Positions 20,500 to 28,903 of a stretch of 64,000 nt of DNA are shown one piece after another. A program made the position numbers and the translations under genes. The stretch is from Candidatus Moraniibacteriota bacterium (GTDB lineage Bacteria; Patescibacteriota; Minisyncoccia; Moranbacterales; UBA9337). Location of the stretch: contig JALSQF010000007.1 of assembly GCA_026985555.1 (NCBI GenBank), forward strand, positions 1,099 through 65,098, in the 5' to 3' direction. Numbering within the stretch: position 1 is the stretch's first letter; each line of letters opens with the position of its first letter. The notes under the pieces were generated by a model. That model was not told the origin of the DNA. It saw only the letters and a program-made list of their open reading frames with translations, and did not search any database.

Positions 20500-20540
20500 A
20501 AAGGATCTAAGTTTTTTTAATTTAGATCCTTTTTTGTTTT
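20500..20540 (+). terminator. Rho-independent terminator
   Basis: Stem AAAGGATCTAA / TTAGATCCTTT (11 bp) with an 11-nt loop, then TTTTTGTTTT. Confidence 0.65.
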
Positions 20541-20663
20541 ATTAAATTTTTAAGTTTATAAAAAATTAATCTTTTTCTAACAACTAAATAGATTAATCAA
20601 ATAGTTTGATTTTTTCTAACTTCTATTATAAATTTAAAAGAGTAAACAATTAAGAATAAAATT

Positions 20664-23600
20664 ATGTTTTCTTCTGTAGATGTGCATAAAAAAATAGCTG
20701 AAAGAGAAAAAGAAATATTAAAACTTTGGAAAGAAAAAAAAGCTTTTGAGAAATCGTTAAAATTAACTAAAAATAAACCAAGGTATACTTTTTATGATGG
20801 ACCTCCTTTTGCTACGGGAACACCACATTACGGACATATTGTAGCCAGTGTTATGAAAGACATGGTTCCTCGTTATTGGAGTATGCGAGGCTATTATGTG
20901 GAAAGACGTTGGGGTTGGGATTGTCATGGATTGCCCATTGAAAATATTGTAGAGAAGGAAATGGGTTCTCAAAAGAAAAAAGATATAGAAAAGATTGGTG
21001 TAGCTAAGTTTAATCAAATGTGTCGGAGTAAAGTTTTAAGTTATGTAGAGGACTGGAAGAAAGTTATTAATCGCTTAGGTCGTTGGGTAGATATGGAAAA
21101 TGCTTACAAAACTATGGATTTAGAATATATGGAATCAGTTTGGTGGGTATTTAAACAGCTTTATGATAAAAAACTTATTTATAAAAATTATCGTTCTTTG
21201 CATATTTGTCCTCGTTGTGAAACTACCCTTTCTCAATCAGAGGTAACCGAAGGATATAAGGATATAAAAGATTTATCAGTGATTGCTAAATTTAAACTAA
21301 AACCCAATCAAAAAATAAATAAGCAAGAAGTTAAGAACAATGCTTATATTTTAGCTTGGACAACGACGCCTTGGACATTGCCAGGAAACGTGGCTTTGGC
21401 AGTAGGTCCAAAGATAAAATATTCTGTAATAGAAGTCCAAGAAAATAATCAGCAAGAAATTTATATTATAGCGCAACCAAAAGTTAAAGAAATATTAAAT
21501 GAAACATATCAAAATTATAAAATTTTAGCAGAGGTAAAAGGAAAAGAATTAGTCGGTTTAAAATATGAACCATTATGGAACACTTATACTCAGGATAGAA
21601 ACTTAAAAAACAGAGAAAATGGTTGGCGAATAGTTGAGGCTGATTTTGTAACTACTAAAGAAGGAACGGGAGTAGTGCATATTGCTCCGGCTTTCGGAGA
21701 AGACGATATGAAATTAGGTAAAGAAAAAAAATTACCTTTTGTTCAACATGTGGGAATGGATGGAATAGTTGATAAAAAAGTAGAAGCGGTAGGTGGTTTA
21801 AATGTCAAACCAATTGATAATCCTCAATCCACAGATGTAGAGGTGATTAAATATTTAGCTAGTAAAAAACTTTTGTTTCACAAAGAAAAATATGAACATA
21901 GTTATCCTCACTGTTGGCGATGTGATAGTCCTTTAATTAACTATGCTACTTCTTCTTGGTTTGTAAAAGTTACTGCTCTTAAGAAAGAAGCAATTCAATT
22001 AGCTCAAAAAATTAACTGGTCTCCGGCACACATTAAAACAGGACGTTTCGGCAAGTGGCTAGAAGGAGCTAGAGATTGGTCAATTTCTCGTCAACGATTT
22101 TGGGCTTCTGTAATTCCTATTTGGGAATGTGATCAGTGTGGAAAAAGAAAAGTTTTTGGTTCTACACGAGAAATTAATCAAAAGTTAGGAAAATTTTTAG
22201 TTTTAAGACATGGTGAAGCTGAAAATAACATTAAAAAAATTTGTTCTTCTTTAGTAACAGATAAATATTCCCTAACAGAAAAAGGAAGAAAACAAGTAAT
22301 TGCAACGGCTAAAAAATTAGAAAAAGAAAAAATAGATCTTATTCTAGCTTCTGACTTAATAAGAACAAAGGAAACCGCCGAAATTATAGCTCAAAAATTA
22401 GGCGTAAAAATTATTTTTGATAAACGTTTAAGAGAGGTAAATGTAGGAAAGTTTAATGGGAAAACTTTTAATGAAATTAAAGATTTTAAAGAAAAATGGA
22501 ATCAAGGAAAAAATATTCAATTTCCTCAAGGAGATAGTTGGGAAAGTATTAAAGAAAGAGTAACTAATTTTTATAATGATATTTTTTTAAAGTATAGAAA
22601 CAAAAATAAAAATATTTTAATTATTTCTCATGCGGATATTCTAATAACTTTAGAAGCTATATTGAAAGGGAAGAATTATAAGGCGCAGATTAAAAAAATT
22701 TATCAAAATAATTATATTAAAAACGGGGAATTAAGAAAAATTAATTACAAATTACTAGATTTACACAAGCATATAGTAGACGGGATTACTTTTAGTTGTG
22801 ATAAAAGAGGATGTCAAGGACAAATGAAAAGAGTGCCAGACGTTTTAGATACTTGGTTTGATAGCGGATCTATGCCATATGCTCAAAAACATTATCCTTT
22901 TGAAAATAAAAAAATTTTTGACAAAACTTTTCCAGCTGATTTTATTGCAGAGGGACAGGATCAGACTAGAGCCTGGTTTTATTATTTACACGTATTAGCT
23001 ATAGCTTTAAAACACAAACCAGCCTTTTATAATGTTATAGTAAATGGAATTGTTTTAGCGGAAGATGGAAAAAAAATGAGTAAGAAATTAAAAAATTATC
23101 CTGATCCAATGGAAATGTTTGAGAAATATGGCGCTGATGCAGTTCGTTTTTACCTAATGAGTTCCCCAGTGGTAGCGGCGCAAAATTTAAATTTTTCTGA
23201 AAAAGAGGTGGCCGAAATTGTAAGAGGAACTATTAGGATGTTGTTTAATTCTTATAGTTTTTTTATTACTTACGCTAAAATTGATCATTGGAAACCCCAG
23301 AAAAAAAATAATTTAAAAAGAAAAAATTTATTGGATAGATGGATTATTTCAGAATTAAATTTGTTAGTTAGAGAATTTAATCACAAAATGGAGGCTTATC
23401 AACTGCATAAGGCCACTCGTTTATTACCTGATTTTATTGATAATTTATCTAATTGGTATATACGGCGTAGTCGTCGTCGTTTTTGGAAAAGTGAAAACGA
23501 CGAAGACAAACAAGAAGCTTATGAAACTTTATATTATGTTTTACTTACTTTAAGCAAAATTATTGCTCCAGTTATGCCTTTTCTAGCGGAGGAGATATAT

Positions 23601-24227
23601 TCTAATTTAGCAAATAGTTTTCAAAAAAAATGGCAATCAGTTCACTGGCAATCATTTCCTCAAAGTCAAGAAAATTTAATTGATGAAAAAATCAATCAGA
23701 AAATGAAAAAAACGAGAGAAATTATTAGAGAAGCTTTGCAGTTAAGATCACAAGCGCAAATTAAAGTGAGACAACCTCTCAGTGTTCTTTATTTAGATTT
23801 TTCTGATAATTTTAATGCAGATTTAAAAGAAGTCATTCAAGAAGAAGTGAATATTAAGAAAATTATTTTTTTGAAAAAGGAAAATAAAAAAGTATTAAAA
23901 GAAAATCAAAAAAATATTATTTGGAATGAAACAAAAACAATCGGATTAGATAAAAACATAACTAATGATTTAAAACTAGAAGGACAAGCTAGAGAAATTA
24001 TTCGTTTTATTCAGCAGTTACGTAAAAAAGCTAATTATAACTTAGACGATAGAATTCAAGTGACGTATCAAGGTAAGGAAGAAGTTTGGCAAAGGTTTGG
24101 AGATCTGATTTCTAAGGAAGTTTTAGCCGCCCAAGTAAGTAATTCTTATTCTCAAGTAAAAAATTTTGATATAAAAGACAAGCAAGAAATAGAAAATGAT
24201 TGGTTAGAAATAAAATTAAAAAAATAG
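20664..24227 (+). CDS. ileS: Isoleucyl-tRNA synthetase, type 2 (archaeal/eukaryote-like), with an inserted histidine-phosphatase (PGAM-family) domain
   Basis: HIGH motif PHYGHIV, KMSKS motif KMSKKL, and the IleRS editing and anticodon-binding regions. Between the two zinc-knuckle halves (WECDQCG ... SCDKRGCQ) lies an extra domain of about 185 aa. It carries LRHGEAENN (the RHG catalytic motif), SDLIRTKETAEII and a C-terminal ISHADIL (the SH(G) motif). Confidence 0.9.
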   Translation: MFSSVDVHKKIAEREKEILKLWKEKKAFEKSLKLTKNKPRYTFYDGPPFATGTPHYGHIVASVMKDMVPRYWSMRGYYVERRWGWDCHGLPIENIVEKEMGSQKKKDIEKIGVAKFNQMCRSKVLSYVEDWKKVINRLGRWVDMENAYKTMDLEYMESVWWVFKQLYDKKLIYKNYRSLHICPRCETTLSQSEVTEGYKDIKDLSVIAKFKLKPNQKINKQEVKNNAYILAWTTTPWTLPGNVALAVGPKIKYSVIEVQENNQQEIYIIAQPKVKEILNETYQNYKILAEVKGKELVGLKYEPLWNTYTQDRNLKNRENGWRIVEADFVTTKEGTGVVHIAPAFGEDDMKLGKEKKLPFVQHVGMDGIVDKKVEAVGGLNVKPIDNPQSTDVEVIKYLASKKLLFHKEKYEHSYPHCWRCDSPLINYATSSWFVKVTALKKEAIQLAQKINWSPAHIKTGRFGKWLEGARDWSISRQRFWASVIPIWECDQCGKRKVFGSTREINQKLGKFLVLRHGEAENNIKKICSSLVTDKYSLTEKGRKQVIATAKKLEKEKIDLILASDLIRTKETAEIIAQKLGVKIIFDKRLREVNVGKFNGKTFNEIKDFKEKWNQGKNIQFPQGDSWESIKERVTNFYNDIFLKYRNKNKNILIISHADILITLEAILKGKNYKAQIKKIYQNNYIKNGELRKINYKLLDLHKHIVDGITFSCDKRGCQGQMKRVPDVLDTWFDSGSMPYAQKHYPFENKKIFDKTFPADFIAEGQDQTRAWFYYLHVLAIALKHKPAFYNVIVNGIVLAEDGKKMSKKLKNYPDPMEMFEKYGADAVRFYLMSSPVVAAQNLNFSEKEVAEIVRGTIRMLFNSYSFFITYAKIDHWKPQKKNNLKRKNLLDRWIISELNLLVREFNHKMEAYQLHKATRLLPDFIDNLSNWYIRRSRRRFWKSENDEDKQEAYETLYYVLLTLSKIIAPVMPFLAEEIYSNLANSFQKKWQSVHWQSFPQSQENLIDEKINQKMKKTREIIREALQLRSQAQIKVRQPLSVLYLDFSDNFNADLKEVIQEEVNIKKIIFLKKENKKVLKENQKNIIWNETKTIGLDKNITNDLKLEGQAREIIRFIQQLRKKANYNLDDRIQVTYQGKEEVWQRFGDLISKEVLAAQVSNSYSQVKNFDIKDKQEIENDWLEIKLKK

Positions 24228-24238
24228 TATTTAAAAAC

Positions 24239-24270
24239 CGCAATCAAATTTGATTGCGATTTCTTGTTTT
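24239..24270. terminator. Bidirectional rho-independent terminator between convergent ileS and the 24300-24821 gene
   Basis: Perfect 20-bp palindrome CGCAATCAAATTTGATTGCG followed by ATTTCTTGTTTT. It is flanked by A-runs on the other side. Confidence 0.6.
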
Positions 24271-24299
24271 CACTAAAATTCTATTTAAAATTTAAAATA

Positions 24300-24821
24300 T
24301 TATTTTCGTTTCATCTTCCAAAAACATTCTCTCCTCAAATTTATAACTTCACTTTGAGAGGAGGTGTAATTTTTGTCAAAAAAACTAATCATATTGAAAA
24401 TATTTTTCTCATCGTAAATTTTATCAAGACTTTTGAAAAATTTATCAACTAGATCAACATCTTCTCTTACTGAAAGGTCTAAAGTGTGAATAATATTTGA
24501 TTTAAGTTGAAGCAATACACTGCATATTGTCACACAATATTTTTCGCTATTCAGAGCCTTACCTGTTTTATATAGGTATTCACCGTAAAAAAGTAAGTAA
24601 CGCTCCTTCTTTTTTTCATCATTTTCTTTTTTAATCTCTCTTAAAATATTTTTATTTAGGAGAGATATAATTTCATTACCCATAATCCGTAGTTGATTCT
24701 GATAAGTCGTTTTTATTTTTTCCTTAATTTCCTGAAAAAATAAAAAAAGAAGATAGAAAATAATAACAAAAAAAACAATAACAACAGAATGTTGCGTAAA
24801 AAGATTCGTGTAATTTTCCAT
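24300..24821 (-). CDS. Hypothetical membrane-anchored protein
   Basis: AGGAGG Shine-Dalgarno upstream on the minus strand. N-terminal TM helix (VVIVFFVIIFYLLFLFF). No recognisable domain. Confidence 0.4.
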   Translation of the reverse strand: MENYTNLFTQHSVVIVFFVIIFYLLFLFFQEIKEKIKTTYQNQLRIMGNEIISLLNKNILREIKKENDEKKKERYLLFYGEYLYKTGKALNSEKYCVTICSVLLQLKSNIIHTLDLSVREDVDLVDKFFKSLDKIYDEKNIFNMISFFDKNYTSSQSEVINLRRECFWKMKRK

Positions 24822-24944
24822 TTCTTGCCTCCTTTTTTATTCTTTATTTTAAAAAACTTAATTCAAATTATTGTATTGATTTTTTCTTTTTTGTCAAGTT
24901 TTCCTGTTTTTTTGTTGATTGTTTTAATTATTTTGTTCTTTTTT

Positions 24945-24984
24945 CTTTCTGGCTATTTAAATGGATATTTAAATAGCCAGAAAG
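24945..24984. repeat. Perfect 40-bp palindrome, copy 2 of the repeat family; the loop is GGAT, so it is the inverted copy of 19813-19852
   Basis: CTTTCTGGCTATTTAAAT-GGAT-ATTTAAATAGCCAGAAAG. The arms are identical to copy 1 and the loop is its reverse complement. It lies in the divergent intergenic region between the 24821(-) and 25093(+) gene starts. Confidence 0.8.
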
Positions 24985-25092
24985 AAATTTTAATTTAACG
25001 AAAAAGTTTTTAAAATGAAGTTTTATTTTTTGTTTAATAGAGAAGAATATTTATTTGCTCCTTGATTAAATTTATTGTATAATTCAACTAAT

Positions 25093-26370
25093 ATGGAAAA
25101 GAAAAAGAAAAAATCTTTTTTTGTTTTAATGCTTTTGCTACTAATTATTAGTTTAGTAATAACTAATAAAAGTTTTTATTTTGCTAAAGTATTTGCTTCA
25201 GAATCAGAGGAAAAAGTTTCTAACAAAAAAGTAAAAGAAACTAAAAGTGATATTAAAACTTTAGAAAATAAAATAGAAAAAGCCGAGGCTTACAAAAAAT
25301 CTTTAGAAAATAAATTAAACCATATACAAGGATCTGTTTATTATACTCAAAAAGAAATTAATAAAACAAAACGATTAATTAAAGATACGGAAGAAAATAT
25401 TGCTAGAATGGAAGCAGAAATAAAACAAATTAATAATCGTTTAGAAGTGCAAAAAAAAATTCTTGCTGGTCTTACTTGGCAATTTTATAAAGAGTCCAAG
25501 AAACCTCTTTTGTTAGGATTACTAGGAGAAGGAAGTTTAGCTCAAGCTACTTTTGAAAAAGAAAGAATAACTATTTTAAAAGAAAAGATTCTTGCTTTAA
25601 TTGACGATATAAAAAAAGATAAAGAAAAGTTTACTAAAAGTAAAGAAAAATTAAGTGATAGCAAGGAAGAAAAGAATAAGCTTCTTTCTTTAAAACAAGC
25701 GCAACAACATAGCTTGCTACAAGAAAAACAAATTACTCAATCAAGAGTAGCTAAAAAAAACAGAGAAATTGCTAATATGCGAGCGCGTTTAAGTCGTTTA
25801 AGAGTCAATTTATCTAGAATGTTAGGTAAAGTATATAATACTCAAGACATAGAAGAAGCCGCTAAAATAGCGAGTAAATCTACAGGAGTGCGGAAAGATT
25901 TTTTGATGGGTATGTTGGTGGTAGAGTCAGATTTAGGTCGTTATACGGGAGGTTGTAATTACAAGGAAAGCAGAATGAGTAGTTATCGGAAAAAAATATT
26001 TAAAGATATTTGTAAAAGTTTAGATTTAAATTATAAAAAACAAAAAGTATCTTGTCCTCCTAAAAGTTATCGTGGAACAGGAGGAGCGATGGGGGTAGCG
26101 CAATTTATGCCAGATACTTGGAATGCTTACAAAACATCCATAGCTTTGCACACTGGACATAATCCTCCTAATCCCTGGAATTTAGTAGACGGAGTAACCG
26201 CTATGGCTTTAAAATTGGCTAAGGTGCCAGGTGTAACTTCTCATAAAAAATCAGGAGAGAAAAATGCTGCCAAACTTTATCTTTCGGGTTCTACCTCTAG
26301 TAAATTTAATTGGTATGCTGAAAGAGTTTTATATTGGGCGGATCATTATGAAAAATTATTAAATAATTAG
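25093..26370 (+). CDS. Secreted/anchored coiled-coil protein with a C-terminal lytic-transglycosylase (MltB/SLT-like) domain
   Basis: N-terminal hydrophobic segment, then about 230 aa of heptad-rich coiled coil. The C-terminal VESDLGRY...GAMGVAQFMPDTW resembles the lysozyme-like fold of MltB-family transglycosylases. The start was moved to the ATG at 25093 because the track start is a TTG. Confidence 0.5.
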   Translation: MEKKKKKSFFVLMLLLLIISLVITNKSFYFAKVFASESEEKVSNKKVKETKSDIKTLENKIEKAEAYKKSLENKLNHIQGSVYYTQKEINKTKRLIKDTEENIARMEAEIKQINNRLEVQKKILAGLTWQFYKESKKPLLLGLLGEGSLAQATFEKERITILKEKILALIDDIKKDKEKFTKSKEKLSDSKEEKNKLLSLKQAQQHSLLQEKQITQSRVAKKNREIANMRARLSRLRVNLSRMLGKVYNTQDIEEAAKIASKSTGVRKDFLMGMLVVESDLGRYTGGCNYKESRMSSYRKKIFKDICKSLDLNYKKQKVSCPPKSYRGTGGAMGVAQFMPDTWNAYKTSIALHTGHNPPNPWNLVDGVTAMALKLAKVPGVTSHKKSGEKNAAKLYLSGSTSSKFNWYAERVLYWADHYEKLLNN

Positions 26371-26382
26371 AAAAATAAAAAT

Positions 26383-27141
26383 ATGGAAAACAAAAACAAT
26401 ATTTTAAATACTGCACTACTGGCTGGAATTTTTGTTATGTTAGCTTACTTAATTTTTATTGAAAAAAATATTAATGTGGAAATGATAAATACTAAGGGAG
26501 AAGAAAAAACTATTGCCGTTTCCGCTCAAGCAGAAAAATTTATTAAACCTGACACAGCTTCTTTAAATTTTTCTCTATTAAAAAAATCTAGTAGTGTTGC
26601 CACAGCTACTGATTCAATTAATAAACGTAGCCAGTCTTTAATAAAAGCATTAAAAAAACTAGGTGTTCAAGAAAAAGATATTAAAACAATAAATTATAAT
26701 ATCTATCCAGAATATTTTTATAATGAAGGAAAAAAGAAATTTGATGGATATAGGGTAACTCAACAATTTAAAGTAATTATACGTGATTTAGATAAAGCTT
26801 CTCAAATACTATCTTTAATAAATAATTCAGAAGTAGATAACGTTTCGCAGTTAAATTTTTATATAGATAAAACTGATGAAATAAAAAATAATCTTAGAAA
26901 AGAAGCTATTAAAAAAGCGAAAGAAAAAGCTCGGCAATTGTCAAGAGATTTAGGCGTTTCTTTGAATAAAATTGTGGGTTTTCAAACAAATAAAGGTGGC
27001 CCTTTCTATCAAGAAGCAAAAGCTATGACTTGGGATGCAAGCAAAGTGGAAGGAAACAATAAGAAAAGTGAGCCTATTTTACCTTCAGGAGAAAATAAAT
27101 TTCAAGAAAAAGTAACTATTATTTATAAAATAGATAATTAA
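26383..27141 (+). CDS. SIMPL/DUF541-domain protein (BP26/Omp28-like), membrane-anchored
   Basis: N-terminal TM helix. The spacing of conserved residues (KPDTASLNFSL ... GY ... V ... DL ... A ... A ... LGVSLNKIVGF) matches SIMPL-domain periplasmic proteins. Confidence 0.45.
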   Translation: MENKNNILNTALLAGIFVMLAYLIFIEKNINVEMINTKGEEKTIAVSAQAEKFIKPDTASLNFSLLKKSSSVATATDSINKRSQSLIKALKKLGVQEKDIKTINYNIYPEYFYNEGKKKFDGYRVTQQFKVIIRDLDKASQILSLINNSEVDNVSQLNFYIDKTDEIKNNLRKEAIKKAKEKARQLSRDLGVSLNKIVGFQTNKGGPFYQEAKAMTWDASKVEGNNKKSEPILPSGENKFQEKVTIIYKIDN

Positions 27142-27148
27142 AATAATT

Positions 27149-27820
27149 ATGAGTAGGGTTATTTTAGATATAGAAACAATTGGTAAAAATTTTGATGATT
27201 TAGATAAAAAATCTCAAGAATATCTTTTGCAATTTGCGCAAGACAAAAAGGAAAAAGAAGAAATAAAAGATCGTCTAGCTCTCTATCCTTTTACGGGAGA
27301 AATAGTTGCTATTGGTTTGTTAAATCCAGACACAAATAAAGGTGTAATGTATTATCAAAACAACAAAAAAGGAAAAGAAATTTTTCAAGAAAAAGGAATT
27401 AAATTTGAAACAGGATCAGAAAAAGAAATTTTAAAAAATTTTTGGGAAGACATACGCAGTTATCAGCAAATAATTACTTTTAATGGACGAGGATTTGACG
27501 CTCCTTTTTTACATTTACGGAGTGCTTTATTGAAAATTAGACCAACTAAAAATTTAATGCCTTATCGTTACGATTATAAAATTCATTGTGATTTAATGGA
27601 GCAACTAACTTTTTATAGCGCAACTAGAAAGTTTAATTTAGATTTTTATACGCGATCCTTTGGTATTAAAAGTCCTAAGGATGACGGTGTAGATGGTTCT
27701 CAAGTGGGAGAATTATATAAAAAAGGAAAATATAAGGAAATTGCAAGATATTGTGTGCGTGATTTGCAAGCTACACGAGAATTGTATGAATATTGGGAAA
27801 AATATTTAAAATTGGAATAG
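27149..27820 (+). CDS. RNase-H-like 3'-5' exonuclease (YprB / PolB-exonuclease-like)
   Basis: ExoI-like VILDIETIG, ExoII-like ITFNGRGFDAPFL and ExoIII-like YCVRDLQATRELY motifs. Confidence 0.55.
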   Translation: MSRVILDIETIGKNFDDLDKKSQEYLLQFAQDKKEKEEIKDRLALYPFTGEIVAIGLLNPDTNKGVMYYQNNKKGKEIFQEKGIKFETGSEKEILKNFWEDIRSYQQIITFNGRGFDAPFLHLRSALLKIRPTKNLMPYRYDYKIHCDLMEQLTFYSATRKFNLDFYTRSFGIKSPKDDGVDGSQVGELYKKGKYKEIARYCVRDLQATRELYEYWEKYLKLE

Positions 27821-27825
27821 GGTTT

Positions 27826-28437
27826 ATGTTTAAAAAAGGGGATTTTTCAAAAAATTCTGATATAATAAAAAATGTTTCAGAAACAGAACAATTTTCTGGT
27901 AGTCATATTGTTGGCAAAAAAGAAAAAAGTGAAAATAATCAGGATAATCCAGAAGAGCATACTTTTCAGCAAAGAATGCAAGAGTTAGAAATTAAAAAAC
28001 AGGAACTAAGAAAATTTTTTGGCAAAGAAATTAATTTGGGGAACGCAGAACAGGAATTAAATTTATGGAAAGGAGAACAGCGAGATATAAAACAAGAAAA
28101 AGATAAAGAAAAAAATGGTTTTAAAAAAGTAATTTTAAAAGAAAGAAGTCAGAATAATGAAATGGAAAATGAATTTCAAGCAGTAAAAAAAAGTCTTGTT
28201 TTATTAAGAAAAAAAATAGCTATGAGTTTAGAAAAATGGAAGAATTTAGAAAATAAAAAAGTTACAGATCAAGTAAATTTGATTTATTGGAAAGATGTTT
28301 TTCAAGATATTCTACAAGAGGGTGAAGTAGAACCATTAAAAAATGAAACAGTTAATATGTGGACAAGAAGAATAGTGAAACTAGCTTTTAAAGAAGGTAA
28401 AATTAGCCAATTAGTGCAAAAATTAGAAAATTTATAA
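27826..28437 (+). CDS. Hypothetical charged coiled-coil protein
   Basis: About 40% K/E with heptad periodicity and no TM. The ATG at 27826 was chosen within the track ORF. Confidence 0.35.
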   Translation: MFKKGDFSKNSDIIKNVSETEQFSGSHIVGKKEKSENNQDNPEEHTFQQRMQELEIKKQELRKFFGKEINLGNAEQELNLWKGEQRDIKQEKDKEKNGFKKVILKERSQNNEMENEFQAVKKSLVLLRKKIAMSLEKWKNLENKKVTDQVNLIYWKDVFQDILQEGEVEPLKNETVNMWTRRIVKLAFKEGKISQLVQKLENL

Positions 28438-28456
28438 ATTTAATAATAAAAAAAAT

Positions 28457-28897
28457 ATGTGGAATCAAAATCAAAATAATCAAAAACAAGAGAATTCACA
28501 AGAAAAAAAAGTTAATCTAGATAAATTAAAAAAAGATATTCAGTTTTCTCAAAAAAAAGAACAAGAAAATAGTCAAGAAAAAAGTGAACGAATTTCATCT
28601 TTAGAAAAAAAAGAGAATATTTATGATAAAATTTTAAGAAGCGTCAAAAAACAAGTAGAGGAAGATACTTCTCCTCAAGAAATAAAAAAAGATGCAGAAG
28701 AAATAGCAGATGAGAAAAGTGCGGAAGATCAGGTTAAAATGTTAGTAAAATTAGCTCAACACAGAGGGGTAGTGCATGCAGTAAAAGTAGCTCAACATAT
28801 GGAAAATTATTATATTTTGGATAGACTTCATGACGAAATGAGTTTAGGAGAAAGGATGTATCAATCTTTAGAAAAGGAAAATTTGATTAAAGAATAA
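28457..28897 (+). CDS. Hypothetical acidic/charged small protein
   Basis: 146 aa, Q/E/K-rich, no TM. Confidence 0.3.
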   Translation: MWNQNQNNQKQENSQEKKVNLDKLKKDIQFSQKKEQENSQEKSERISSLEKKENIYDKILRSVKKQVEEDTSPQEIKKDAEEIADEKSAEDQVKMLVKLAQHRGVVHAVKVAQHMENYYILDRLHDEMSLGERMYQSLEKENLIKE

Positions 28898-28903
28898 AAA
28901 TTT

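Noticed and set aside
20541-20663. Possible T-box riboswitch leader upstream of ileS
   Set aside because: The 120-nt leader lacks the T-box consensus (AATTAGGGTGGTACCGCG-like), a specifier-loop context and an antiterminator/terminator pair. It is only an AT-rich spacer.
20763-21017. 84-aa minus-strand ORF inside ileS
   Set aside because: Antisense to the HIGH-motif region of IleRS. Spurious.
22194-22760. Intein within IleRS
   Set aside because: The insert has no N-terminal Cys/Ser or C-terminal His-Asn splice junctions and no HINT or homing-endonuclease blocks. It has complete histidine-phosphatase motifs instead.
24264-24452. 62-aa plus-strand ORF overlapping the 3' end of the 24300-24821 minus-strand gene
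   Set aside because: Overlaps a better-supported gene that has an AGGAGG Shine-Dalgarno, and begins inside the ileS terminator.
19813-24984. Composite transposon or invertible cassette delimited by the inverted repeats
   Set aside because: No transposase, integrase or invertase gene lies inside or adjacent, and the cargo is an essential housekeeping gene. This is kept as a finding about the repeats but not called a mobile element.
24789-24998. 69-aa plus-strand ORF spanning repeat copy 2
   Set aside because: Low-complexity F/L-rich translation of an AT-rich intergenic region. It contains the 40-bp palindrome, so it is almost certainly non-coding.
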